A stretch of DNA of 64,000 nucleotides from a virus, in IMG/VR virus record IMGVR_UViG_3300035137_000026, positions 32,001-96,000 of that record. One strand, written 5' to 3'. Position 1 is the stretch's first letter. Every line of letters begins with the position of its first letter. Below, piece after piece: positions 1 to 8,226 of this stretch. The position numbers were made by a program, and so were the translations under genes. The notes beneath the pieces were generated by a model, which was not told the origin of the DNA, searched no databases, and saw nothing but the letters and a program-made list of their open reading frames with translations.

Positions 1-181
1 CGGCAATCAGGTTATCGGTCTTGCTGTTAATACCACCGTCTAGTCTGTCTGGAGTAGGCTCTGCTTGTATAGTCCTTTTACTACGCAAACCAGACCTTTG
101 GTCTTGTCTTTGTGGAATGTGGATTCATTCGGAGCTAGAGCTAATTCAGCCTTTCGTGCATGCTCATTCATAATCTTCTCC

Positions 182-478
182 TTATCTTTCTTTGGTTCTC
201 CAGGCCTCCCACCTAGATTGAGCTTGGTCTGACTCGTAGCCAGATGGTTCGTTGTTCATTCTTGCTTCATATCTATCTGTCTCTGCTTCTCCTCGGGCGT
301 CCAGCATCTCATCTAGCTCATCATCGTCTAGCTCTTCGCACTGGCAGCCCTCGCAGAGGTGGTAGCTATCTCCACACCTGCTACAGGTTCCTCTGGCGTC
401 TGCTGGGTGGGGTTCTCTGAACATTTCTTCTTCTTCGGGCGAATATCCTCTATGTGGCTACTGGTAGCAAGGTCTCAT
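182..478 (-). pseudogene. Small Cys-rich acidic hypothetical gene with an in-frame TAG at codon 7 (458-460); track ORF 182..424 is its downstream part
   Basis: GGAGG lies 8 nt before ATG at 478; reads MRPCYQ*PHRGYSPEEEE then continues in frame into MFREPHP...CSRCG...CEGCQC. Confidence 0.55.
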
Positions 479-671
479 TGTCCTTACCTCCAAAGAGTCT
501 CTTCCATATGCAAGTAAGGAGTGACTTCTTACGGAGGATTGGTTGCTTGGTGGCTATTAGTCTATCAGTAGCGGCATGATCTGTTGTCCCCTAGTCGGCT
601 AGGTGCTCAATCATCCTATGAGCACTTTTGGTGCAGGTCTCATCCATCTGTTGGTCTGTTAATGTATACAT
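450..671 (-). pseudogene. Small hypothetical gene with one in-frame TAG (591-593)
   Basis: AGGAG before ATG 671; MYTLTDQQMDETCTKSAHRMIEHLAD*GTTDH...IWKRLFGGK...VAT*, ending across the start of the next gene. Confidence 0.45.
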
Positions 672-719
672 ATAGTATCTCCTTGAGTCGGCGGCCGGAA
701 TTGAACCGGAATCTCAGAA

Positions 720-884
720 TTATTGTATTCTTGTGCTGCCAAAGATAGATCGGTGTAGTAATTCTAGTGGCCAAGTCCACCATGGGACATAGAGTTCGGT
801 AATATAATTATTTGCCTTAGCTCTAAGCCACCACTTACATAAAATCTTTGGTCATCCTTTGCCTATAATATAGTTGTTACCCAT
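720..884 (-). pseudogene. Small Trp-rich hypothetical gene with one in-frame TGA (852-854)
   Basis: AAGGA before ATG 884; MGNNYIIGKG*PKILCKWWLRAKANNYITELYVPWWTWPLELLHRSIFGSTRIQ*. Confidence 0.45.
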
Positions 885-899
885 TTATTATCCTTCTAG

Positions 900-972
900 A
901 GTCTGTGACTGGATTTGAACCAGTGTCCATCTTGATTTGCAATCAAGTGCCTTGCCGCTCGGCCACACAGAC
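900..972 (-). tRNA. tRNA-Cys(GCA), CCA not encoded
   Basis: Cloverleaf: acceptor GTCTGTG/CACAGAC, D stem GCC/GGC, anticodon arm CTTGA-TTGCAAA-TCAAG, T arm ACTGG-TTCAAAT-CCAGT, discriminator U. Confidence 0.95.
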
Positions 973-1416
973 TTGATATCTATGTGTATTTTGCTCTTTG
1001 GCAGTTACTTTCCTGTGACAGTTTGCACATAGGCAGATGCATTTGTTTATCTCTTTCTCGATTATATACCACGATTTTCGGCTGCTAATTATTTCACTAA
1101 TATTCCCCACTTTAGTGTTAGGGTCTATATGGTGAAAGTCTAGAACTAATGGATTAGTTTCTCCGCATTGAGCGCAAGGATTATGTTTAAAGAGCTGTAG
1201 TAGTTGTCGTTGTACATATAGAAGGTATTTGTGTCTGTTAGATTTAGCTCTCTTAATATACTTTGTACGATTCTTTTCGTAGTGTTGTTTGTAGGTCTTC
1301 TTGCGTAATTGCTTATAGCAGTTCTTACAGTATGAGCTACGTCTAATACCCTTTTGTTTCCAGAAAAACTCAGTTTCTGGTTTTACTTGATTGCATTTTG
1401 TACACTGTTTGTCCAT
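943..1416 (-). CDS. HNH endonuclease with N-terminal zinc finger (free-standing homing-endonuclease type)
   Basis: CTKC...CKNC zinc finger; CAQCGE...LDFHHIDP...N...CICLCANCHR HNH core. Confidence 0.88.
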   Translation of the reverse strand: MDKQCTKCNQVKPETEFFWKQKGIRRSSYCKNCYKQLRKKTYKQHYEKNRTKYIKRAKSNRHKYLLYVQRQLLQLFKHNPCAQCGETNPLVLDFHHIDPNTKVGNISEIISSRKSWYIIEKEINKCICLCANCHRKVTAKEQNTHRYQVCVAERQGT

Positions 1417-1422
1417 ATGCTA

Positions 1423-1451
1423 ATTTTAGCGATATGGACTGCAAATAGCAA
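1423..1451 (-). promoter_or_regulatory. Sigma70-type promoter for the HNH gene, probably leaderless
   Basis: TTGCTA (1451-1446), 17-nt spacer, TAAAAT (1428-1423); the A of ATG 1416 is the 7th nt after the -10 box; no SD sequence. Confidence 0.55.
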
Positions 1452-1472
1452 ATCAGTTTTGGATCTGCTCAG

Positions 1473-2033
1473 CTATGCCGACGGGTAAAGTTTGTGTTCT
1501 AGAATATATTTGAATACCTCGGGAGCCAGTAGTCTACTTATTTGTTCAATGGTAAGTGCGCTGTTTATTAGCTGTCGGACCTCCGTTGAACTGGCATCAT
1601 GCTGGTGCTGAATTATTTCTCCTGGTGGGTCTTCCACTCCTGGCCGGGTAACCCAAATTGGTGGAGCTAAACTAAGTACTTCCTCTGAAGTTTTCCAATC
1701 CTTCATTTTCCAATAGTTATCAGCTCCTAGTATAAGATTGAACTCCTTGCCCTGGTTGCCAGCCTTGAGGTACTTTAAGATTTCTACTGAGTAGGTGGAC
1801 TTGATTTCAGCTTCAGCTGTGGAGACGAGCATTTGTGGGTTCTCTTTGATCATTAAATAGCACATGGCTGCACGGTGATGGAATGAGGTGGGTTCTTTAC
1901 CGAAGGCATGTTTCCAGCATGGAAGGAACCAAACTGCATCGACAAGCTTTCGGCCAAGGACTGCTTCTGCAATCGCATAGTGTCCTAGATGTGGAGGATC
2001 GAAGGTTCCGCCGAGAATTCCTACCTTTGTCAT
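1473..2033 (-). CDS. nadD: Nicotinate-nucleotide adenylyltransferase
   Basis: GILGGTFDPPHLGH (HxGH), LILGADN, W..RPG and ASSTEVR motifs; 186 aa. Confidence 0.93.
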   Translation of the reverse strand: MTKVGILGGTFDPPHLGHYAIAEAVLGRKLVDAVWFLPCWKHAFGKEPTSFHHRAAMCYLMIKENPQMLVSTAEAEIKSTYSVEILKYLKAGNQGKEFNLILGADNYWKMKDWKTSEEVLSLAPPIWVTRPGVEDPPGEIIQHQHDASSTEVRQLINSALTIEQISRLLAPEVFKYILEHKLYPSA

Positions 2034-2046
2034 CGATTACTCCTTA

Positions 2047-2817
2047 TTATACCCTTAAGTAGTGAGGGATGCCAAGGTTCTTATGTCTATTGGCTGTGAT
2101 TAGCTTCTCGATGTATATGCGTGTTTTGGAATTATCGGTTGAGCCGCTTTCTATTACCTTGAGCCACCTATCAATCTCGTCGTATGTTATTCCGAGTTCG
2201 TTCTCGTCTGTTTGTCCAAGCCAGAGGCCTGCTGAGGGAGCCTTCTCTATTACGAATTGTGGTAGCTCAAGGATTTTAGCCATCTCGAAGACTTCTGTCT
2301 TATAGAATCCCATGATGGGCTCTATGTCACAGCCACCATCTCCAAACTTGGTGGCATATCCTAGCAAGGCCTCTGTCTTGTTGGTCGTGCCGGCTACGAG
2401 TCCATTGCATTGCCCGGCTGCTGCGTATAGAGTTAGCATGCGGAATCTTGCTTTGGTGTTTGCAGGCATTAGAGCATTTAGGTCTTCAAGTGCTCCTATA
2501 GCGTGACCGAGGCAGGCAATATCTTCTCGATAATCAGCCCACCAAGAGTTGAAGGTATTTTCGAGATCCATGGTAAAGGTCCGGATGCCTAGGCAGCTTC
2601 CAATGCTTTCTGCATCTATGGCATCTTGTAACTGGGAGTAACACGGCATAATAAGGCCAATGACATTGAGTGGCCCTAGCGCCTCTGCGCAGATTCTTGC
2701 TGTCAGGGCTGAATCAATGCCACCAGAGAGGCCGACGACGGCTTTAGTCATTCCTGCTGTTAGGAAGTATTTCTTTGTCCACTGGACTACTTTCTGTATT
2801 TCTTTTCTTAAGCTCAT
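2047..2817 (-). CDS. nadE: NH3-dependent NAD+ synthetase (no glutaminase domain)
   Basis: VVGLSGGIDS P-loop, NTKARFRMLTLY, GTTNKTE..LGYATKFGDG, KAPSAGLWLGQTDENELG. Confidence 0.95.
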   Translation of the reverse strand: MSLRKEIQKVVQWTKKYFLTAGMTKAVVGLSGGIDSALTARICAEALGPLNVIGLIMPCYSQLQDAIDAESIGSCLGIRTFTMDLENTFNSWWADYREDIACLGHAIGALEDLNALMPANTKARFRMLTLYAAAGQCNGLVAGTTNKTEALLGYATKFGDGGCDIEPIMGFYKTEVFEMAKILELPQFVIEKAPSAGLWLGQTDENELGITYDEIDRWLKVIESGSTDNSKTRIYIEKLITANRHKNLGIPHYLRV

Positions 2818-3076
2818 TCTTCATTTCGCTTTCTACGCTATTGAAAGCGTCCTTAATTGTGGTCTCTACGGTTCCAGCCATTGAGTCTAGGATAAAGTTC
2901 CAGTTATGGACAAAGACTGGATCAGAGTCATTCTCTACTGGTAGTCTGTTTCCTTTGAGTTGAGTGCAGACGAGCTGCATGCCGTCAAATAGGCCTTGAA
3001 GATACAGAGCGATCTGGTCGTGACTGAAACCTTGGCCTGACAGCTTCCTTAGGAGATTCGCAATGATTTCTTGCAT
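2744..3076 (-). CDS. Hypothetical protein between pncB and nadE
   Basis: 110-aa ORF overlapping both neighbours on the same strand. Confidence 0.55.
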   Translation of the reverse strand: MQEIIANLLRKLSGQGFSHDQIALYLQGLFDGMQLVCTQLKGNRLPVENDSDPVFVHNWNFILDSMAGTVETTIKDAFNSVESEMKNELKKRNTESSPVDKEILPNSRND

Positions 3077-4245
3077 AGTGCTATCTCTTCTTCTGTGCCA
3101 GTATGCTTGCCTTCAGTATCAGATAGCTTAACAACAGGTAGCCACTTACTCTCTCCATATGGCTTGCAATGGCTCATCTTAATAACCATATTAAGTGGCT
3201 TAACGCCTTTAATGTCATTGGTAAGGTTGGTGCCAATGCCAAATGAGCACTTGATCCCTATGTTATCACATTCTTTCTTGAGTTTTGTGGCTACTAGTGG
3301 GCTCAGACTGTCTGAGAATACAATTGTTTTGGATTCAGGGCTGATTCCTAGCTCTATATAATGGTCTTTGACTCTGTGTGCAAAGGCGAATGGGTCGCCT
3401 GAGTCATGCCGTACACCGTCGAATAGCTTGGCGTACTTGGAGCCAAATACCCTAAAGAATGACCTGCTGGTGAATGTATCAGGTAAGGTAATTCCTAGGT
3501 TTCCGTGATATACGTCAACCCAGTGCTTGAGTGCCATATGGTTTGCTTCTTGGTATCCGTACTTGGCTCCATGAAACATGAACCATTCATGTGCCTGCGT
3601 TCCAATAGGTTTGGTAGCATATTCTTGAGCTAGGTGTAGGTTGCTGGTGCCAACAAAGTTGTCTGGTGCAGTAATGGAGTGAACATGCACAATACCGGCA
3701 TGGTGTTTGGCTGAGAACCTCCTGCGAGTGCCAAAGTCAGCATATGCTATGCCAGCCTTGGTAAGATCTTGTGCCTTCATTGCGGTACGGACCACTGCTT
3801 CTTGGATTGAATCTTCATCTGCTTTGGCTGTCATCCTGAAGTACAGCTCGGAGATGACTGCCATCAGCTTCACTTCCCATAGAATTGTGCGGTACCATGG
3901 ACCTTTGATCATAACCCACAATCTACCATCTGGCATGCAGGTGGCGTTCACATCTTTGTAGTTGTATTGATAACCTCTCAGGAAATCGATGAAAACTGGG
4001 GTTAGGAACGGGCAGGCTACTTGAAGCCAAGCTGCCTCATCATATGTGAGGTGCAAGTCTCCCATCATCTCTATCTCTTCCTTTAGCCGGTTAATAAACC
4101 CTTTTGGGAATTTTGTGTTCCCCCTATTGGTAAAGTTATAAATAGCTTGAGCATGTGGATAGCACTGGCATACAGCTTGGCACATGGTCAGCTTGTAGAG
4201 GTCGTCATCCAGCATGCTTTTAATGATTGGAGTGGCCGAGCCCAT
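3049..4245 (-). CDS. pncB: Nicotinate phosphoribosyltransferase
   Basis: MLDDDLYKLTM, DFGTRRRFS, GTSN, GTQAHEW (phospho-His), RHDSGDP, FSDSL, FGIGTNLTND, VKLSDTEGK; SD AGGAGG. Confidence 0.95.
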   Translation of the reverse strand: MGSATPIIKSMLDDDLYKLTMCQAVCQCYPHAQAIYNFTNRGNTKFPKGFINRLKEEIEMMGDLHLTYDEAAWLQVACPFLTPVFIDFLRGYQYNYKDVNATCMPDGRLWVMIKGPWYRTILWEVKLMAVISELYFRMTAKADEDSIQEAVVRTAMKAQDLTKAGIAYADFGTRRRFSAKHHAGIVHVHSITAPDNFVGTSNLHLAQEYATKPIGTQAHEWFMFHGAKYGYQEANHMALKHWVDVYHGNLGITLPDTFTSRSFFRVFGSKYAKLFDGVRHDSGDPFAFAHRVKDHYIELGISPESKTIVFSDSLSPLVATKLKKECDNIGIKCSFGIGTNLTNDIKGVKPLNMVIKMSHCKPYGESKWLPVVKLSDTEGKHTGTEEEIALCKKSLRIS

Positions 4246-4254
4246 TCTTTCCTC

Positions 4255-4368
4255 CTAGTCGGCGAAGATGTTAAAAGTTGCCTTGCAAATATCGCCGATG
4301 ATTGGTGCTTTGAATGCAGTGCACAGAATAAGGACTACTGCTACAATTCCTATGATCCGCTATATCAT
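4255..4368 (-). pseudogene. Small membrane protein gene with TAG at codon 3
   Basis: GAGG SD then MI*RIIGIVAVVLILCTAFKAPIIGDICKATFNIFAD*; final TAG overlaps the pncB SD. Confidence 0.55.
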
Positions 4369-4370
4369 GT

Positions 4371-4688
4371 CTACCTCTTCGTCGTAATCTTATATGTCTT
4401 GTTATCCTTAGTAAATATGAGCTGTGCTCTGTCCGCCTAGAGCTGCATGTCGTGGCTAAGGTTCGGGTCTCGGATTTTCTTTATCTCAATGGGATAGATC
4501 TCTGATAAGTCTTGTGAGGCAAGGGCATTCATCTCATTGAGGTCTACTACTAAGATGCCGGCCGTGTGGATATCTATTATGCACTGCTGGAGGCTCTGGG
4601 CTATAGTTAGCACTGTAAGTTTGTTGTGTTGTTTGAAGGCTTTTGAGAACAGTTGGCAGAATACATGAGTGTTCTTAACGTGCCTCAT
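4371..4688 (-). pseudogene. Hypothetical gene with in-frame TAG at 4437-4439
   Basis: Track ORF 4437..4688 continues in frame as *ADRAQLIFTKDNKTYKITTKR*, filling the gap up to the next gene's SD. Confidence 0.5.
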
Positions 4689-4921
4689 GCTATAGCCAAC
4701 AGGTTTTCTGCTCTTGAGGATTATGTCTTCCTGAGAACGGCCTTCATCCTTCTTTGGACGAATGCTCCTTTGTAATTCTTGAAGCTCATCAGCTCCTGAA
4801 TCACTACCAGTGCGGGTATAGGCTCGCCACAGCTGTCTACGAATGATGATATACCGTTAGAGAATACTGTAGCTAGGACTGTGGGCTTCATGGTGTTGAG
4901 GAAGTATGAGTCTTCAAGCAT
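4685..4921 (-). pseudogene. Hypothetical gene with in-frame TAA at 4721-4723
   Basis: Track ORF 4721..4921 continues *SSRAENLLAIA* and ends in an ATGA overlap with the next start. Confidence 0.45.
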
Positions 4922-4966
4922 TCTGCTGTTTTCTGTTATGCTGTTTGGTCGTTGAGCTTGGGCATA

Positions 4967-5773
4967 TTACACCAGTACTTTCGTGGTTGTGGACAGCTTC
5001 ATCCCCTTGGCTGTCATTTCTTTAATGAAGTCGTCTTGGAGGTTCTCGAAGCCTTGGACTGGAGAAGTCCCGTCAGCCAAGAGAACCAGCTTCTCGATCA
5101 CCTTGGGGTCGCTGAATCCATCAGCGACATCCCTTACGGTGTTGGCTAGGCAATGAGAGCCGGCCTCTCCTGCGATGAGGACCATGTCGGTCTTCTCGAG
5201 AGTCTGGATGAGCCTGGTGTTCAGCTGTGTTGTAGGGTCGTTGGGATCTGGCACTTCTGCCTTGACGCCGCTGTAGTGTTCGGTGAAGATATTGCTGCCC
5301 TTGGAGACGAAATCGATGGTTTTGAACTTTTTGTCGGCCCACTTGTTGAGTGCGTCCAGCACTTCAGGAACCACGGTGGCTCCAGGGCTGCCAATGAGAC
5401 AGTGGGGAGGCCAGATGCACAGTGGGTACCGCCCACTTGCTTCCAGAGCCTCAGTATAAGCTATCATCCTGGGTGTCAGGTCTGGCTGGGTGGTGTACCA
5501 GACGGCATTTTTGATGTCGTTGGATGTGATGATGGTGAAGGGGTCGGGCTGCTGGCTGCTGGCATTCTTCCACATGGCAGGGTGCGCAACGTCGATCAGG
5601 TGGTGCTGGTCCAACGTGACGTGGATATCTTCTAGCTTGCCCCCTAGCCTAGCGATCATGTCTGCTATCCGGAGCATGTCATTCTCTGCCCCTGTGACGT
5701 AAAGATTGCCTTGTGGGTTACAGAAGTCATGCTGCGGATCGATCAGCAGCAGGTGTACTTTGGCGAATGACAT
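4967..5773 (-). CDS. pncA: Nicotinamidase (isochorismatase/cysteine hydrolase family)
   Basis: LLLIDPQHDFC (catalytic Asp), TLDQH and WPPHC (metal ligands), SKG (Lys), AGEAGSHCL (catalytic Cys); adjacent to pncB/nadD/nadE. Confidence 0.88.
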   Translation of the reverse strand: MSFAKVHLLLIDPQHDFCNPQGNLYVTGAENDMLRIADMIARLGGKLEDIHVTLDQHHLIDVAHPAMWKNASSQQPDPFTIITSNDIKNAVWYTTQPDLTPRMIAYTEALEASGRYPLCIWPPHCLIGSPGATVVPEVLDALNKWADKKFKTIDFVSKGSNIFTEHYSGVKAEVPDPNDPTTQLNTRLIQTLEKTDMVLIAGEAGSHCLANTVRDVADGFSDPKVIEKLVLLADGTSPVQGFENLQDDFIKEMTAKGMKLSTTTKVLV

Positions 5774-5782
5774 TTCTTTCTC

Positions 5783-7162
5783 TTATTTTGCTTTCATATT
5801 CATGATTGGTTTTATCTGCTCAACCAGCCCGACTGTTGGAATAATAGCTTGCTGGATCTCTTCTGGGTTTTTGTATGCTTCCGGCGCTTCATCCAGTGGG
5901 ATGGCTGAGGTATAGATGCCGTTCATTGCTTTCTCGGCATCTTCTTGCTTTAGTATCTGCTTAGCTTTGGTGCGGCTCATAGCTCTACCAGCACCATGCG
6001 GAGCCGAGAAGTTCCAGGACTTTTCTGCCCATCCTGTACAGATCCAAGTACCGTCCTTCATATTGAACGGAATGATGACTTTCTCTCTGTAGGCAGCAAC
6101 GGCCCCCTTTCGGATTATGAGGTCCTTTGGGCTAATGTAGTTATGTACTGTCTCTACCTGCTCAAGTATTGATCTGCTAACCCTTTCGGTTGCAAGAAGT
6201 CTTGGTCTTAGCCTGTTCTGAACTGCTGGCTTAGGAACAATGTTGCTCAGGACATCCTGCATAATGGCAGCTCTGTTATGGGTAGCATAGCACTGGGCAA
6301 ATGCCATGTCGTATAAATAGTCATACATAGCCTTGCCCATAAGTGGTTCCAAGCCCTTCTGGCTAATGCCGCTAGTGATTCCAAGCTGTGCTCGTAGCTC
6401 TTGGATCTTCCTCTGGGTGTCTTTGGGTGATGTAGTCTTCTTGATTTGCTCAATCTGCTGCTGGTAGTTACCTTCCGTTGACTGCTTCTGCATTGCGGCG
6501 GCGAGTCTTTGGTGGTATTCGCAGACATTTTTGCCTAGCTGTCTTGAGCCGCTATGAACTATTACCCATAGAAGATCTTCGTTGGTTGATGAGATCCCTA
6601 TCTCGATGAAGTGATTCCCACCACCAAGAGTGCCAATTCCATTGAGTGCTCTTTGGAAGTCCTGTCCTATCTTGGCGCAAAGTGCTTGAAACCAAGTATG
6701 GTTGATCCTAGGTGGTTTTGGAGTGCTTGTACCAAACTTTTCACGCAACCTAATCCACAGTTGGTCCAAGCTTGATTGTGCCTCGGTGTAGAACTTGTGA
6801 CCGTCTTCGAGAGCATAGGTTCCGGTTGTATGATAATGTACTTCGAAACCGAATGGGATTCTGTCTCTGATTTGTTTATCTAGAGCGGCTAGATCCATGC
6901 CCTTCGGCTTCTGTATCTGGATACCGAGCATTCCACAGCCGATATCTACTCCAACCACGTTGGGGATAACCATCTCTGTCAGTGGCATAGTGAATCCAAT
7001 TACGGATCCTTTGCCAGTGTGGCAGTCTGGCATAATTCTGACTGGCTCAGTGAATGCCGGGTGGTTAAGCATGGTATAGATCTGACTAATACACTCTTGC
7101 TCTACATTCTCTTGCTTGGCAAAAATAATTGCCTTTGAGTATCGTCCCTGGATCTCGAACAT
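5783..7162 (-). CDS. rtcB: RNA-splicing/repair ligase RtcB (likely start MFEIQGRYS at 7162)
   Basis: MPDCH, GVDIGCGM, GTLGGGNHFIE, HSGSR, HNY, RKGA, SAPHGAGR, LDEAPEAYK: metal and guanylated-His motifs all present. Confidence 0.95.
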   Translation of the reverse strand: MFEIQGRYSKAIIFAKQENVEQECISQIYTMLNHPAFTEPVRIMPDCHTGKGSVIGFTMPLTEMVIPNVVGVDIGCGMLGIQIQKPKGMDLAALDKQIRDRIPFGFEVHYHTTGTYALEDGHKFYTEAQSSLDQLWIRLREKFGTSTPKPPRINHTWFQALCAKIGQDFQRALNGIGTLGGGNHFIEIGISSTNEDLLWVIVHSGSRQLGKNVCEYHQRLAAAMQKQSTEGNYQQQIEQIKKTTSPKDTQRKIQELRAQLGITSGISQKGLEPLMGKAMYDYLYDMAFAQCYATHNRAAIMQDVLSNIVPKPAVQNRLRPRLLATERVSRSILEQVETVHNYISPKDLIIRKGAVAAYREKVIIPFNMKDGTWICTGWAEKSWNFSAPHGAGRAMSRTKAKQILKQEDAEKAMNGIYTSAIPLDEAPEAYKNPEEIQQAIIPTVGLVEQIKPIMNMKAK

Positions 7163-7182
7163 TGCTTTATATCTCAACAGAG

Positions 7183-8028
7183 CTAAAACTCGAAGGCTGG
7201 TGGTAATGGTTCTGCGCCCTCGAAGATACACTCTACCCGGTTAGGGATACTAGTTAGCTTAGGAAACACGACCATCTCAACATCAGTTCGTTCGATTGTC
7301 ATGTTGGGGTTCTTTCGTGCATAGTGTTTGGGTGGAAGTTGTTCTATCTCTTCAGCTATGAATGGTCTTTTCCTCTTGACTCTCCTGAAGTAGGAGCCTC
7401 TCTTCTCCTGTGGAGAGTAATGGTTCCAGTTAATCCCATATTTTTGGAAGAGCATTTCCTGAAGCTCTGGTGTCTGCTTCCCTTGCATCTCCTGATGGGA
7501 GAACTTGCTTTGTGCCACTGCTAGGATGCTGTTTCTGGTGGCATCCAGCTCCCTCCAGATTAGACAGTTTACAGCCTCTGTGAGTGATGGTACCTGAAAT
7601 ACACGGCAATCGAAGGTAGCTGGCGGCTTGTGGAAGAATAGCTGTGCACGTTCGTTCATATCTGCTTTAACAGTTTTCTGTACTTCTATATTGAAGTAGG
7701 CTGTGCACATGCTTGCTAGCACACTATTCATCTTCTGGAGCTTGCCATCGAAGAAGATTTGGCTCTCTATATCGTCGCTGTAGAATATAAGGGTGATTTC
7801 ATCAGATTGGGTGTATCCAATAACAGCGCATGTCTCTTGTACGAGTCTCTTTGTGGTGATCTGCATCATCTCCATGAACTTGCTATCGAATGGGCGGTCT
7901 AGGCCTTTAGTCCATGTGTGGAATGCTCTCCCGTCGAGGCGGGCAATTATAGGCAGAAGTGGAATTGCTTTCATTGCCCAGTTCTTCTCGTAGAGCTTTA
8001 TTCTATCGCTAAGTGTTATCTTATCCAT
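7183..8028 (-). CDS. Thg1-like 3'-5' polymerase / tRNA-His guanylyltransferase family (likely start MDKITL at 8028)
   Basis: IIARLDGRAFHTWTK, YTQSDEITL, FFDGKLQKMNSVLAS, FDCRVF, WRELDATRNSI. Confidence 0.92.
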   Translation of the reverse strand: MDKITLSDRIKLYEKNWAMKAIPLLPIIARLDGRAFHTWTKGLDRPFDSKFMEMMQITTKRLVQETCAVIGYTQSDEITLIFYSDDIESQIFFDGKLQKMNSVLASMCTAYFNIEVQKTVKADMNERAQLFFHKPPATFDCRVFQVPSLTEAVNCLIWRELDATRNSILAVAQSKFSHQEMQGKQTPELQEMLFQKYGINWNHYSPQEKRGSYFRRVKRKRPFIAEEIEQLPPKHYARKNPNMTIERTDVEMVVFPKLTSIPNRVECIFEGAEPLPPAFEF

Positions 8029-8221
8029 TTGATTTATCTTTGCAGGTGTGTTGGGTTGCATCTTCTTCGAATAGTCGCCAGACTGGTCTATATCTACTAC
8101 CAATATTTCTCCAGTGTGGTGCGGTTTGCTGGCAGTGCCGGCATGTCTTAGTTCCGTTGGGGCCATATAGCATTTCTTCTATCATGCTGTTGTCATTTAT
8201 TCAGTCGGCCATATCTTCTAT
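8021..8221 (-). pseudogene. Decayed small zinc-finger gene (ATA at the start position, in-frame TGA 8201-8203)
   Basis: GGAGG 8 nt before ATA; (I)EDMAD*INDNSMIEEMLYGPNGTKTCRHC...W...VWRLFEEDATQHTC...*, ending over the Thg1 start. Confidence 0.55.
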
Positions 8222-8226
8222 TGGAG

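Noticed and set aside
7163-8166. Track N-terminal extensions of RtcB (to 7231) and Thg1 (to 8166)
   Set aside because: They overlap upstream genes; family homology begins at 7162 and 8028
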